Positions 42,400-56,492 are shown, counted from the first letter of the stretch. The stretch: DNA of 64,000 bases from Eledone cirrhosa (GCA_964016885.1 OZ024748.1:12214001-12278000); one strand, 5' to 3'. Program-made: numbers and translations. The notes: generated by a model not told the origin, from the letters alone.

Positions 42400-43064
42400 A
42401 GTATGAAAGGTGCATATATATATATATTTCATATAGAAAAGAATTTCTGCATTCTACAGGACTAAAACTGTTTCTGTCGTTTGAAATGATCAGGTTTCGT
42501 CCAATGGTCTATCTGTTAGTCTGTCTATAACGTGAGAAGATTAGATATCAGCAGCAGAACCAAAAGCAGCAGCTGCTGCAGCAACGACAGCAGTAGCAGA
42601 AACAACATCGGCAGCTGCAGCAGCAACAACAGCGACAGCAACAACAGTAGCAACAACAACAACAACAACGAGGCGAGAAGAGAACAGGTGCTGGTCTTTC
42701 AACAATGTAACTCATCTCGGTGTCGCTTACAAGACTAATCCCTCTTAAATGGATCAGTTTAGTAGAGTGATCCAGTGAACCAATTGAAACTGGTTTGACG
42801 CTCGCTTTACAGTAATGAATGTATTAGATACGGCTTCACTGATCAACCAACACTTACTTACGGAGTTTGTGGCAGTGTTTGGCAGTCATACGTCACGTGT
42901 TTCACCTCCTCCCACCACCCCTTTCCCTTCCTCACTCTCTATCTAACTGCTGCATATCTTGTGCGCCCCTGTGGCAAATAAAGAAATATAGCTATCTATC
43001 CATCTATCTATCTATCTAACTATTTATCTACCTATATATCTGTATTTTTATCCTTTATATATAT

Positions 43065-43137
<73 letters not shown>

Positions 43138-43140
43138 TAT

Positions 43141-43214
<74 letters not shown>

Positions 43215-43318
43215 TTCAGCGAGAATCGTATTTCGGCTGGTAGAAAAAGCGAAACGAAACGCAAAATCGTAGAAATGCTGGCAAGCGCTCCAATAGTTAA
43301 GAAAACTAGACCTAAACA

Positions 43319-43377
<59 letters not shown>

Positions 43378-43391
43378 TATACACACATACA

Positions 43392-43493
<102 letters not shown>

Positions 43494-43507
43494 TATACAC
43501 ACATACA

Positions 43508-43560
<53 letters not shown>

Positions 43561-44021
43561 GTTCCGACGTAATGTGTGACTTATGTTCAGTGGAAAAGAA
43601 TTTCCAGATTGTTCCAACGAAATTTTTACCATTTTTTTCTTCGTTTTACTTCTTATTTCTTCCCAAATTACCATCTCTTCCTCTCCCCACCCTCTCACAC
43701 CCTGTTAGTTCCTTCTTCCCCGCAACAGGGACATCTGTCATACACTAACTCCACACTATGTATGTATGTGTGTGTGTGTGTGTGGGTGCGTGTGTGTGTG
43801 CGTGTGTGTGTATGTATGTATGAAGTTTATACATATATACATACACATATATACACACACACGCATATATATATATATATACACATATATATACACATAC
43901 TTATACATTTATATATACATACATATATATATATATTATATACATATATATATATTTATACATATACATATACCTATATATACACACACACATATATATA
44001 TATATATATTACATATATATA

Positions 44022-44062
<41 letters not shown>

Positions 44063-44532
44063 ATAACTGTTAACCAACAGGCTTACGGTCTACTTTTTGT
44101 TGGTTAACAGTCTAGCCGTTGAGCCCCGACTCTTTCTAATATAGTCATACTCTACTATCCTAAGTATCGAGAACTCTGTTGAATAATGGTCTAACTAGTT
44201 TAAAACTGTTAATCAAATTAACTAATAATCAAAGCTATTTATCAAATTAAAACCGGAGGGAAATAATAGACTAAAATATACCTATTTTCTTTTCGTCGGG
44301 ACTTCGAAGAAAAAGTAGGTATATTTTTATTTATTATTTCCTCGCACTTTCAATTTTATATATATATATATATATATAATAATAATAAGGGTTGACGGAC
44401 CCAGCATATTTATCAATGCCAGTACCGGTTGTATCTCAGCGCACTCAATGGGCAATGTAAGATACATTACCAGAGTATACACATAATTATTTGCCTCAAC
44501 ACAACACACGTAAAACGGGTGCCTATAAGGTT

Positions 44533-44642
44533 CCCGGACTCGAGTTTCTGCCGCACTAATGCAGCAGTAAGGTGCACTGCACCATCTGTCTGCATATATT
44601 ATGCAACAATGCACAATCGGCTTAAGCAGCTTCATCAGGTGG
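44533..44642 (-). ncRNA. degenerate hammerhead motif with long stem II insert
   Basis: Minus strand ccac-CTGATGA-A-GCTGC...GCGGC-A-GAAAC TCGA GTC-cggg. Palindromic stem III ACTCGAGT and a GUC triplet, but stem I has two mismatches. Confidence 0.45.
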
Positions 44643-44679
44643 TATCGCCTAATCAATAACCAATCGATCGACAGAATCC

Positions 44680-44711
<32 letters not shown>

Positions 44712-44716
<5 letters not shown>

Positions 44717-45026
44717 AGACCTAAGGCTTGGGCCCCGCCTACAACAAAAATCAAACTTGCATCTCATAACACATTAAGGCACAATTATTTCACCTCAAAT
44801 GGTCTCGCTCTCTTTAACATTACTTCAAAACACATTAAAACCAAAACAGACAAAATAGATCCCATAAAATTAAAAAAGTCTTTGGACAAATTCCTCCAAG
44901 AAATCCTGGATACACCTCCTACACACCGGATATATCTCCGTACACAATAACTCCTTACTTGAATGGGCCATGGTGTCCAAATCCTAATTTGAAAAACTTC
45001 ACGAGGGGGTGCGATGAAAGTGAAAG

Positions 45027-45029
<3 letters not shown>
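44712..45029 (+). mobile_element. degenerate 3' fragment of a CR1-like LINE
   Basis: Manual translation [22 protein letters not shown]...[17 protein letters not shown] resembles the GPxLFNxLP...FKxxLDKFLxxIPDxP terminus. Confidence 0.6.
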
Positions 45030-45368
<339 letters not shown>

Positions 45369-45445
45369 GCTTGGACAGATATATGTATATATATATATAT
45401 CCGTCCAAGCCATGCGAACATGGTGGAAGAACGGACGGAAAACCC

Positions 45446-45497
<52 letters not shown>

Positions 45498-45844
45498 TCA
45501 TGTATGAATGTATTTATGTATATGTATGTATATATATATATACATACATATATGTGTGTATGTATGTGGATTCCTGAAAAGCTGGAATCCGGTAAAGTTT
45601 GAAGAATGCAGAGTGGTGAGTGTATATAGGTTATATAGACTAGTAGATTGAAAGTGTATATAGCTAGAAGTGTTATCTACGTAGCACCTGTAGGTTCCAT
45701 TGCATGTTGTGTGTTTAGACAGATTAGCTTCAGTATTCCACCTGGCATGTGTGTATACATACTCATACACACACACACATACATATATATACTCACACAC
45801 ACAAACATACATATATATATATACACACACACATATATACACCA

Positions 45845-46328
45845 CACACACACTAACACACCAACACAAGCACACTCTTCCATACACACACACTAACACA
45901 CCAACACCAAAACACTCTTCCATAGACACACACTAACACACCAACACCAAAAGACTCTTCCATACACACACACTAACACCCCAACACCAACACACGCTTC
46001 CATACACACACACTAACGCACCAACACTAAAACACTCTTCCATACACACACACTAACACACCAACACAAGCACTCTTCCATAGACACACACTAACACACC
46101 AACACCAAAACACTCTTCCATACACACACACTAACACAAGCACTCTTCCATACACACACACTAACACACCAACACCAAAACACTCTTCCATACACACACA
46201 CTAACACACCAACACCAACACCAACTTCCATACACACACACTAACACACCAACACCAAAACACTCTTCCATACACACACACTAACACACCAACACCAACA
46301 CTCTCTTCCATACACACACACTAACACT
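45845..46328. repeat. about 40-bp minisatellite
   Basis: Unit CACTCTTCCATACACACACACTAACACACCAACACCAAAA. Confidence 0.9.
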
Positions 46329-46390
46329 TCCTAATGCCTCTTCACCCAGCGGTCATCCTCCATGCGCATCACATGTCCGTACCAACGTGG
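46328..46390 (-). mobile_element. small RTE-like LINE fragment
   Basis: Minus strand reads RWYGHVMRMEDDRWVKR (RTE-type RWFGHVxRM motif). Confidence 0.6.
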
Positions 46391-46729
46391 TCTTCTTTCG
46401 TGATGGTCGGAGAAAACCTGTTAGCGGCCTACATTCCTGAAGGGAGCCGGCCCAAGAGAAATCCATATGTACTGTCATAGGGGCCAACTGTTCTGTATAT
46501 ATAAACATTTTTTCCAAAGTCAACAAGAAAGATCATATTTATGGGAAACTGCTTCGAAATCTAGGACTTCTCTACCATGCGCATCACATGTCCGTACCAA
46601 CGTAGTCTAGTCTTCTCTTTTGATGGTCGGAGAAAACCTGTTAGCGGCCTACATTCCTGAAGAGAGCGGGCCCCAAGAGAAATCCATATGTACTGTTTAG
46701 TTAAAAAATTTAAATATATATATATATAT

Positions 46730-47308
46730 TATTAGGACAATGGGATTGATGAGTTAATATCTGCATACAACAACTACAACGGTATGCGATGGGGCCCACC
46801 CACAGCCTCGGCGGACAGAATGGAGAAGGCGATTTCCCGGAGGACGGCAAGGGAGACGCGCTGGAAAAGCCACTCTAACTCGCGGGGCTCACACCTGCGG
46901 CTGGCCAGCTCAGCGCCTATGGTGGTGAGTAAAGAGGTAGCCCCGGGGCCGAGGACACCAGAAGTCTCCACTGCCAAGGGTACGACCGCAAACCTGTCGG
47001 AGAGCGACCGGTATTTGAGGAGTTTGGTCCCCTCAGCCCGACGTACAGCAGAACCTGTGTCAGTCGCAGACTGCAGAAAGTGTCGGTGCAAGTGGCATCC
47101 CAGACGAGGGGTTTGCCACCGCGGAACGGGAAGATGGTCATGCCATCTGGCCTTTTGCTCCAGCCCCACCGGCTCGAGCTGGGAAGGTAAGCCTGTAGTG
47201 TCCAAGCCATGCTTAATGACCTCGTTGAGGGTAGCATGGCGTGGAATGCGGCCGGCACTGTGGCGACAGGAAAGCGGGTGGAGGCCGAAAGAGTCCACAG
47301 TGGATAGG
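46730..47308 (-). mobile_element. 5'-truncated, frameshifted CRE-like non-LTR retrotransposon (restriction-like endonuclease domain)
   Basis: Stitched frames: DSFGLHPLSCRHSAGRIPRHATLNEVI...LEPVGL / KRPDGMTIFPFRGGKPLVWDATCTDTF / AVRRAEGTKLLKY...PLAVETSGVLG...LFQRVSLAVLR. This is the H-x3-C...RH...RPD...D...K...E-x-x-G pattern of RLE-type elements. Confidence 0.85.
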
Positions 47309-47898
47309 GGCCAACTGTATATATAAACATTTTTTCCAAAATCAACAAGAAAGATCATGGGAAACTGCTTCGAAATCTAGGACTTCTCTACTCAGATTAT
47401 AAATCCACCTTTAAGCCATTAACTATTGCCACACGTGGGGGAAGGGGAGTTAGTGTATTTAAGAAATGAAAAAAAAGATATTTATTTAAAAAGTTAAACA
47501 ATTTCTTTTTATTGTTAGAAACCAGATCTTTTTTTTTTTATAAGAAGAATACAAGATAATTAAAAGCAAAAGTTACATAACACAAATATCCCATACGAAT
47601 ACAGGCATATATATATATATATATATATACCCCTGGTCTCTCTCACTCCATACACACTCACACAACTACACATATATATATGTATATATATATATATATA
47701 TATTTCGTTTCTGAATTTGTTTAGCAAGATTCTTTATCTGAAATCGTGTGTTGAAACAACTATCTGGTTGTGGAACCAACCAACCAACCAACCAGAAATT
47801 TATAAATTTATAAATTTATTATAAATTTATTATAATAAATTGAAGTGAAGCAACTGGTGCGTGTGTTTCTTATTGGCAACATGACCCTCCCAAAGTAT

Positions 47899-47986
<88 letters not shown>

Positions 47987-48625
47987 ATATATATATACAT
48001 ACACATATATATATATATATGTATGTATATATATACATAAACATATATATATATATAGTTTCTTCTCACTCGCTATTGTACTGTGTTGTTTCCGTTTAAT
48101 TTTTGCACACATACACACACACATATATATATATTAATATACAATATATACATATATATATATATGTATATATATGCACACATACATACATATATATATA
48201 AATATGTATGTGTATATATATGTATACATACACACAGACACATATATATATATACATACACATACATATCCCACACAAACACAAGTATTTCGAGAGCCTA
48301 CAAAGGTGTTTTCGTCTCATTTAGCAATATCTACAAAAGACTTACTCCAACACATTTTTCATTCTTAGATTTCAAAACCTTCTTCTTTCTTCTCTAAACT
48401 TCACACTTCACATAAGAATTCTCAATCGCTTTCATTCTTTCACTTTATATATTTTTCAAAATCTTCCAGTTTTTTTTTCATCCTTTATCTTTGTACTTGT
48501 TCATTTGAAAAATACAAATTTCTGTCTTTCTCTAAATATAAACACACACATATACATACGTACATTCTTACTATTGTGACCAATATATATATATATCAAG
48601 TAAAAATAGCGGAGCAAAGGACTCG

Positions 48626-48662
<37 letters not shown>

Positions 48663-49443
48663 AAAATGTTTAACCCCGACGGCAGAGCTCAAGCCGTTTC
48701 GACGGCTATTTTTGGACTATATATATATATATATATATATATAGTTTAGATCTAGCTGTTGATACAGAGTACTCGATACTTGGGGTAGTAGAGTATGGTT
48801 ATATTATAAAAAGTCGGGACACGACGGCTGAGCTCTTGCCCTTCTGTATGTAGTTGACAATTGAGAGAAAAATGTACTCAATACTGAAATAGAGTCTTCC
48901 TTTATTTATACTTTGTCTGCTTTTGAAACGTCATTTCTTGTCTGAGGACTGCAGAAAATTTAACTCACTATTTAACCCTAATGAAATGAATATATATGGT
49001 GCCGTAGCATGGCCTCAGCCAATCGGCTGGAACACGTAATATACACATATATATATATATATGTGTGTATATATATAAAAAAAATAATATATATATATAA
49101 TTACACACACATATAGATATACATATACATACACATATAAATATAAATATATAAATAAAAAAAAATAAAAATATATATATATACATACGTACATGCAGAC
49201 GTACATTATACACATATACACACACATAGTTGTTATTATTCACCAGTGTTCTGAAGGAGGGTTTATTAATTTATTCATAGGTATGTATGTTAAGTTATGA
49301 AGTGGATACGGTGTAATCCCAAAGGAGGTCCCTCACCGTTTCGCTTGACTACCAGCTTGTACTGACATATTCTAACTTAGCATAATATACACTACACCTA
49401 ATATCCCGTTAAACACTCTTGGAACTCCTTGAACTTATATATG

Positions 49444-49477
<34 letters not shown>

Positions 49478-49483
49478 TGTATG

Positions 49484-49514
<31 letters not shown>

Positions 49515-49587
49515 TGTGTGATTTTGTGTGTGTTTGTATGTATGCGTGTGTGCGTGTATGTATGTGTGTGTATGTGTATTTATGTAT

Positions 49588-49618
<31 letters not shown>

Positions 49619-49760
49619 CAGTATTAGTCGTAGTAGTAGTAGTAATTATGGTTTGGCGGTAGTAGCAGTAGTAGTAATGTTGTTGATGGTAGTAATAATG
49701 TTGGTGATGTTGGTAGTATACACACACACACACACACACACATATCTATCTATATCTATG

Positions 49761-49824
<64 letters not shown>

Positions 49825-49906
49825 TCCTGCTATATCAAGCGTTAACCTAATATATCCCTTCCATATACTGTACCGATTCTGTTGTTATTTCTGTTTACCT
49901 TTTACA

Positions 49907-50004
<98 letters not shown>

Positions 50005-50455
50005 CAGTTGCAGAACGAAGCTTATCAAATAGATTGGACACAGTTTCGGTCGTTTCCTCACTCATTTAATATTTCAATTAAGTCCGAATTATTAAATTTC
50101 AAACCCAACCGATTAAGGTTAATCAGAGACAAAGACGACTTCGAGTGAGTAGGAAATGTGAGTTAGCTGGACGGAGCGATGGATTAGTTTCTGCGATTCT
50201 GATCTGTTTATAATTCAAACAGGACCCCAGGGGAAAAATATCCACTCTTACCCTGTTGTTTTCATTATTTACTCAATGAAACAAGTTTTAAATGTATTAA
50301 TCGAGCAAATTTGTACTCACAGTGATTACCGAGAGATATTTATAATGAGGGTAATTGTACATTTTCTTGGACCATACAGTTAAGACCATTAACCATATAT
50401 ATATACATACATACATACATACGTACAACAAATATATATATTATTACAAGTATAG

Positions 50456-50488
<33 letters not shown>

Positions 50489-50560
50489 CCACTCCCAAGA
50501 GCGTGAAACTAATAAACCTTTGTTCGTACTGCCTCTCTGTTTTGTTCCCGTTCAATTTTT

Positions 50561-50645
<85 letters not shown>

Positions 50646-50778
50646 AGGTAATAATAAATATTACCTAGTTACAAGTATGAAAAATAACGAGTATACTACA
50701 GAGCCGAAATACAATGTAAATGACAATCAATGTTCTTGTGACAAAGTTTTGATCTTATTTTTGTGTTTGACTTTTGTT

Positions 50779-50834
50779 ATCAACTCTGATGAATCCGGCC
50801 TTGTGCTAGGATGAAACAAACGGTCGTAAGTGAT
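50779..50834 (+). ncRNA. hammerhead ribozyme motif
   Basis: ATCaACT-CTGATGA-ATCC...GGAT-GAAAC aaacggtc GTA-AGTGAT. Stem I has one bulge; triplet GUA. Confidence 0.65.
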
Positions 50835-51339
50835 TAAATGTTTGAAAGTTTAAACACTCTTTCATTGTCATTTACATTGTATATATTATTAAAAAAAACC
50901 TTGAACAATAAATGAGAAAAACACTGAATAATTTGAGGAAATATTTCAAAATTTTATTTAACATTTTTAATATTTTAAATTATATTTAAAACTTTTTTAC
51001 ATTTACCATATTGTTTATCTCCCCTTGGTTTTTACTAAATATTTTGGGTGATATAACTTTGTACAACAGTTCGAGAGAGAAAATAATAGTAAAAAGGAGA
51101 GAAAATATAATATATTAAACACTTGACGAAATCGATAAATCGATAGTAGTAAAAAATACAAAGATAATTAGATAATCCCGTTACACACACAATTATATAT
51201 TTAATGTTCATATACACATATATACAGACACACGTATATTTACACACTCACATATATATACATAAATATATACATACTATATATATATATACACACACAC
51301 ATACACACATATAGGTAGAATAAATATTTCTAAAGAATA

Positions 51340-51547
51340 TGCTGAGTGGTTAGAGAATTGGATTCACAATCTTGAGGTTGGGAGTTCGATTCCTGGACCG
51401 GGCGATGCGCTATGTCCTTGAGCAAGACACTTTATTTCACGTTGCTCCTTCTACCTGGAGTTGCGACCGATAGAGTGTATTAGCAACTGGAAAGACCAAT
51501 GGAAACATTGTTTCCTCGGTCCGATTTGACGAAAGTCGATCGATCCG
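51340..51547 (+). mobile_element. tRNA-headed SINE (family S2)
   Basis: GCTGAGTGGTTAG...GTTCGATTCC head, GTCCTTGAGCAAGACACTTTATTTCAC CORE-like segment; near-identical reverse copy at 25030-25242. Confidence 0.85.
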
Positions 51548-51606
<59 letters not shown>

Positions 51607-51608
51607 TA

Positions 51609-51658
<50 letters not shown>

Positions 51659-51785
51659 TATATATATACACACACATATATATATATATATGTATGTAGA
51701 AATAACAACACAACCAGGAACTGGACATATCGGAGTAAAAAACACTTCAACAACATGTGTAGCTGTCTCTACCACACCAATGCGG

Positions 51786-51840
51786 ACTGCCTGAAGAGGT
51801 CGCAGTCAATGATGGCTGTCACCGAAATATATATAGCAGT
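51786..51840 (+). ncRNA. type I hammerhead ribozyme motif
   Basis: ACTGC-CTGAAGA-GGT(c)GCAGTCA atga TGGCTGT(c)ACC-GAAA-TATATATA-GCAGT. Stem I ACTGC/GCAGT, CUGANGA core, long stem II, GAAA, short palindromic stem III, predicted cleavage after AUA (51835). Confidence 0.85.
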
Positions 51841-51988
51841 ATATCTATAACTTATAATAAACGAAGACAAATTTTACATATTTGACTTAATTATTTTACA
51901 TTACTCCGGAGTAAACAAACCAACCTGCGTACTTCGTCGAGTGCTCCAATCTGCATACTGAGGTGTCGGTAAACAACCAGCATATTCT

Positions 51989-52038
<50 letters not shown>

Positions 52039-52044
52039 GGAGGC

Positions 52045-52078
<34 letters not shown>

Positions 52079-52627
52079 AAGTATGTATGTATATATGTAT
52101 ATATATATATATATAGAAACATTAACAAACAACAATAGGGTCTAGTTTAGAACAGTTTTCTTAATGTAGTTGAGAGGGCAATATTTAGGGATTGAGTTTA
52201 GTCTTTTCTTGTTTGCACAACTAGATCTTGTTCCCTCATCAGACATGGAACTATTTCGTCGACCAAGTAGACTGAGGCAAGCGTAGTTGCTGGTTTTCAA
52301 CATATCTATCCGTCTGTTGTTCAGTGGGCGTTAACATGACGAGCCCCTAGCCTTATATTCAAATTATTTGGGAAGCTGTACAATGTAATGTATCATTGCG
52401 CGTGTGTGTGTATGTGTGTTAAATATATGCACTGTATATTTGAATATTAGCCGACAAAAAGAAAGGGGTTTTATGCGCTGGTTTTAAGTGTTCACCCAGA
52501 TAGGACGCCAGTCACTAACACACGGTAACATTCTCCAATGATTCAGTGATCTGGAACTTATTCCCAATAGCTATGCCATATTAGGATGCACGTGTAAACC
52601 AAGCACCACTTAAATATATATATATAT

Positions 52628-52770
<143 letters not shown>

Positions 52771-52929
52771 TATATTTATACATATATCTATACATTTAAA
52801 TTTATGCGTGTTTGTGTGTGTATATATATATATATATACGCACATATATTTATACATATATCTATATATTTATATTATACGTGTTTGGGTGTGTATATAT
52901 ATATATATATATATATACGCACATATGAT

Positions 52930-53225
52930 TCAGTCTTTAAATGTCTGATGATTATATAGACCTTCGGCCATCAACTGCAAAGCCAAAGGGTTTTTGGGTC
53001 CAGACACTTTCTTCATCTTGGCTCGCTTGTTTTGAAACCAGATTTTGATCTGCGATTCGTTGAGCACCAGTTCTTTGGCCAACGCCTGTCGTCTCTCCTC
53101 CGTAAGATATTTGCCGACATCAAACTCCAGTTTCAGTCGATGCAGTTGCTCCGGAGTAAAAGCAGTCCGGGGTCGTTTCTCGTCCGCCTTCTTCTCCTTC
53201 CGTTTCATCTTCCGCGAGCGAGGAC
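52930..53225 (-). CDS. en: engrailed-class homeobox gene, last coding exon (EH3, homeodomain, EH5, stop)
   Basis: Translation [106 protein letters not shown]...[12 protein letters not shown] is the engrailed homeodomain and [15 protein letters not shown] is EH5. Acceptor tttgcag|GT CCT at 53226/53225 is phase 1, the conserved engrailed intron position inside the Gly of RYSDRPSSGPR. TGA at 52932-52930. Confidence 0.97.
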
Positions 53226-53269
53226 CTGCAAATATACAAATTAAAAAAATTTTTTTTTTAATTTCAATA

Positions 53270-53310
<41 letters not shown>

Positions 53311-53321
53311 AAGAATAAGGG

Positions 53322-53532
53322 TTTCTAATTTAGGCACCAACCAGGCCAACAATTATTGGGTCAAGGAGCAAGTCAATTAAATCGAAGATATATAAATATA
53401 TAACAGTTTCTACTTTAGGCACAAGGCCAGCAATTTGAAGAGACGGGTGAAGTCGATTAAATCGACCTCAGTGCATTACTGGTAGGTGCGTTATTTTATC
53501 GACCCCGTAAGGATGAAAGACAAAGCTAACCA
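53322..53532 (-). mobile_element. S1 SINE 3' fragments next to the engrailed splice acceptor
   Basis: GTTTCTACTTTAGGCACAAGGCCAGCAATTT...TTTTATCGACCCCGTAAGGATGAAAG. Confidence 0.75.
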
Positions 53533-53669
53533 CACTGTGGGTTATTAAGTAATAAAATTCTAAAATTTTAAAACTTTGGAATTGTAATATTATGACCCAA
53601 GGGTGGGGATTTTAAGCTGGCAGAAACATATGTCAGTTTGATAATGTTTTGAAATTAATATATATATGT

Positions 53670-53862
53670 AAGAGTCAGGACCCCGACAGCTGAGCTCCAC
53701 CCGGTTCGACAGCTAGATCCGAAGTTCGCATCTAGCTGTCAAAACGGGTGGAGCTCAGCCGTCGGGGTCCTGACTCTTTTCCTATTACCCACTCTACTAC
53801 CCTAAGTATCGAGTACTCTGGTGCGTTATGGTCCATCTGGTTTCTTACCACACTTTCTTTGT

Positions 53863-53864
<2 letters not shown>
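53670..53864 (+). mobile_element. family A copy, in the engrailed intron
   Basis: AAGAGTCAGGACCCCGAC...GTCGGGGTCCTGACTCTT hairpin plus tail. Confidence 0.8.
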
Positions 53865-53944
<80 letters not shown>

Positions 53945-54009
53945 TATATATATATACATACATATGTACGCATATCTATAATACGCATATGTGTACCAGT
54001 AAATGTATC

Positions 54010-54055
<46 letters not shown>

Positions 54056-54703
54056 ACCTTACTCTATATTTATTTTTAGTATTAACATAACTTTGATAAT
54101 TCTGAAGGAAAATGGAAATAGACAAATATTGTCATCTAACGTCCCGAGCTCTCTCTCTCTCCATCTCCCCTTCTCTCTCTCTCTCTCGCTCTCTCTCACA
54201 CACACACACGTTTATATGTCCAGCCTCTCTTCCATCACATAGTCTCTCTCCCTTTCTGTTCCGCTCTTCCAATTTTATTTTACTTCTTTCAATCACACAC
54301 ACACACACACATGTACATACTCTCTCGCCTTCATCCTATTCTTATGATTTTTATATACCCATCTGCTCCGTCTCTTCCACTCCTCCACCACACCCCGTTT
54401 CTCTCTCTATTTCCATATTACCCCCATCCCACCACCAACACACCTTCTCTCTCTGTCACTACCCTCTTTATCTCCACACTAACAAACACCCGCTCTCTCT
54501 CACCACACACCTCCACCACCACCACCACTCAACTCACGTGAAATTGTTCAAATGGAAATTGGTTGGGAAAAATATCGAAAGATTTCGAAGAATTTAATTT
54601 CTCTTTTGTGTCACAGAATCAAGAGAAAACTCAATAGAGCGGAACGGAAACGGAAAGAGGCTGTGTTGATGACTACACGTATATACATACATACATACAT
54701 ACA

Positions 54704-54756
<53 letters not shown>

Positions 54757-54826
54757 TGTTATACTTTGGGAGGGTCATGTTGCCAATAAGAAACACACGC
54801 ACCAGTTGCTTTCACTTTCAGAAACG

Positions 54827-54877
<51 letters not shown>

Positions 54878-54958
54878 CATATATATATATAGTTATATAC
54901 ATAACTATATATATATAGTTATATATATAACTATATATATATATATGTATATATATAA

Positions 54959-55008
<50 letters not shown>

Positions 55009-55030
55009 CTATGTATATATATATATACAG

Positions 55031-55069
<39 letters not shown>

Positions 55070-55070
55070 G

Positions 55071-55108
<38 letters not shown>

Positions 55109-55109
55109 C

Positions 55110-55143
<34 letters not shown>

Positions 55144-55820
55144 CATATGAATATATATGTGTACTATATTGAATAGATACATATTTAGAATACACACACA
55201 CTGATATGGCATGTCAGATAGTGTTCAGTATGCATATATGCATACTTAATACACACAGACGTTATACAAATATCGCATAGTTTCTTCAAACATAAACTTG
55301 CTCCCTCGCCTTTACCACCACCACCACCACCTCCAACAACAACAACAACAACAACAACAAAACTATAAAAAAGATACGCTTTAAAAACTTAAACATACCA
55401 CCATCAACAACTACAGCAATAACAACATCAAACCACTATTATAATATAACTTGAAAAAAAAAAAAAAAAAAAATCTATCGAAATCATCTCTATATTTTCT
55501 CTAAACATCGATTATTTTTCAATATTGATAAATGTTTATTCTCCGTGAATTAATAAATAAACTGTTCTGTGATCTGTGAGTAAAGAGAGATTTTTGCCAT
55601 AAATTCTCTTCATGCCGTTGTAAAACTGACAAATGTTTATCTTCATCATTCTAACCAAATCTCAAAGATTTTTCCAGAACTTTCTGCTGCTTTTATTTAA
55701 AAAAACAAATGGAAGGAAGCAATCGAAGCAAACAGGACCTCCAAGAGAAATTTTTCAATGCGGTACAAGACCCTTTTGGGTCCCGAAGCAGGCAAAGAAT
55801 TTTCTCAAAATGGATGTTGC

Positions 55821-56146
55821 ATGGTTGCTGTGGGACTTTCTTAGCTTTTGGAACTCGAAACAAAGTACCTGCTGGACCCCCTCTTATGGTTGCTGTGGGG
55901 CCTTCTTAGCTCTTGGGACTCGAAACAAAGTACCTGATGGACCCCCTCTTATGGCTGCTGTGGGGCCTTCTTAGCTCTTGGGACTCGAAACAAAGTACCT
56001 GCTGGACCCCCTCTTATGGTTGCTGTGGGGCCTTCTTAGCTCTTGGGACTCGAAACAAAGTACCTGCTGGACCCCCTCTTATGGTTGCTGTGGGGCCTTC
56101 TTAGCTCTTGGGACTCGAAACAAAGTACCTGCTGGACCCCCTCTCA
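55821..56146. repeat. 65-bp tandem repeat, 5 copies
   Basis: Unit ATGGTTGCTGTGGGGCCTTCTTAGCTCTTGGGACTCGAAACAAAGTACCTGCTGGACCCCCTCTT. Confidence 0.95.
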
Positions 56147-56229
56147 CGGGCTCTCGAAGCAAGCTATTCCATCTTTTACAGATTCACTAAATGGTTCGGT
56201 CTATCGTCACAGTCCACCTAGCTGTAAGT

Positions 56230-56492
56230 AGGTACCTAAAAGTCCCTAAAGTATGTTTCAAGCCAGGGGGCTCATCAGGCTGGTATGTGGCTTGAAGCGA
56301 CTGAGAGTACAAGACTCTCTCCTGGACAGGATACCAGTCCATGGCAGGGTTAAACCCCCAGCTATTACTGTTGGCACTAATTTTCAGCTGAGTATACTGG
56401 AGTAAAAGCAGACATAACCAGAACGGGAATCGAACCCATGGCATTATAATCGTAAGTCCAACACCTTTACAACTAGGCTACGCGTTTCCACT
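56230..56492 (-). mobile_element. tRNA-headed SINE (third family)
   Basis: Minus strand head GCGTAGCCTAGTTGT...GGGTTCGATTCCCG, then CTCCAGTATACTCAGCTG...GCCATGGACTGGTATCCTGTCCAGG. Confidence 0.7.

Noticed and set aside
48923-48966. Hammerhead from CTGAGGA plus GAAA
   Set aside because: Stem II too short and stem I does not form convincingly in either permutation.
51340-51402. tRNA gene
   Set aside because: A and B boxes are present but it continues into a SINE body repeated at 25030; no clean acceptor stem.
53226-53352. N-terminal part of the 140-aa ORF containing the homeobox
   Set aside because: Intronic (SINE plus ATC repeat) upstream of the splice acceptor.
55821-56146. CRISPR-like array
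   Set aside because: Contiguous identical units with no unique spacers, no cas genes, eukaryotic context. The same applies to 60368-60593.
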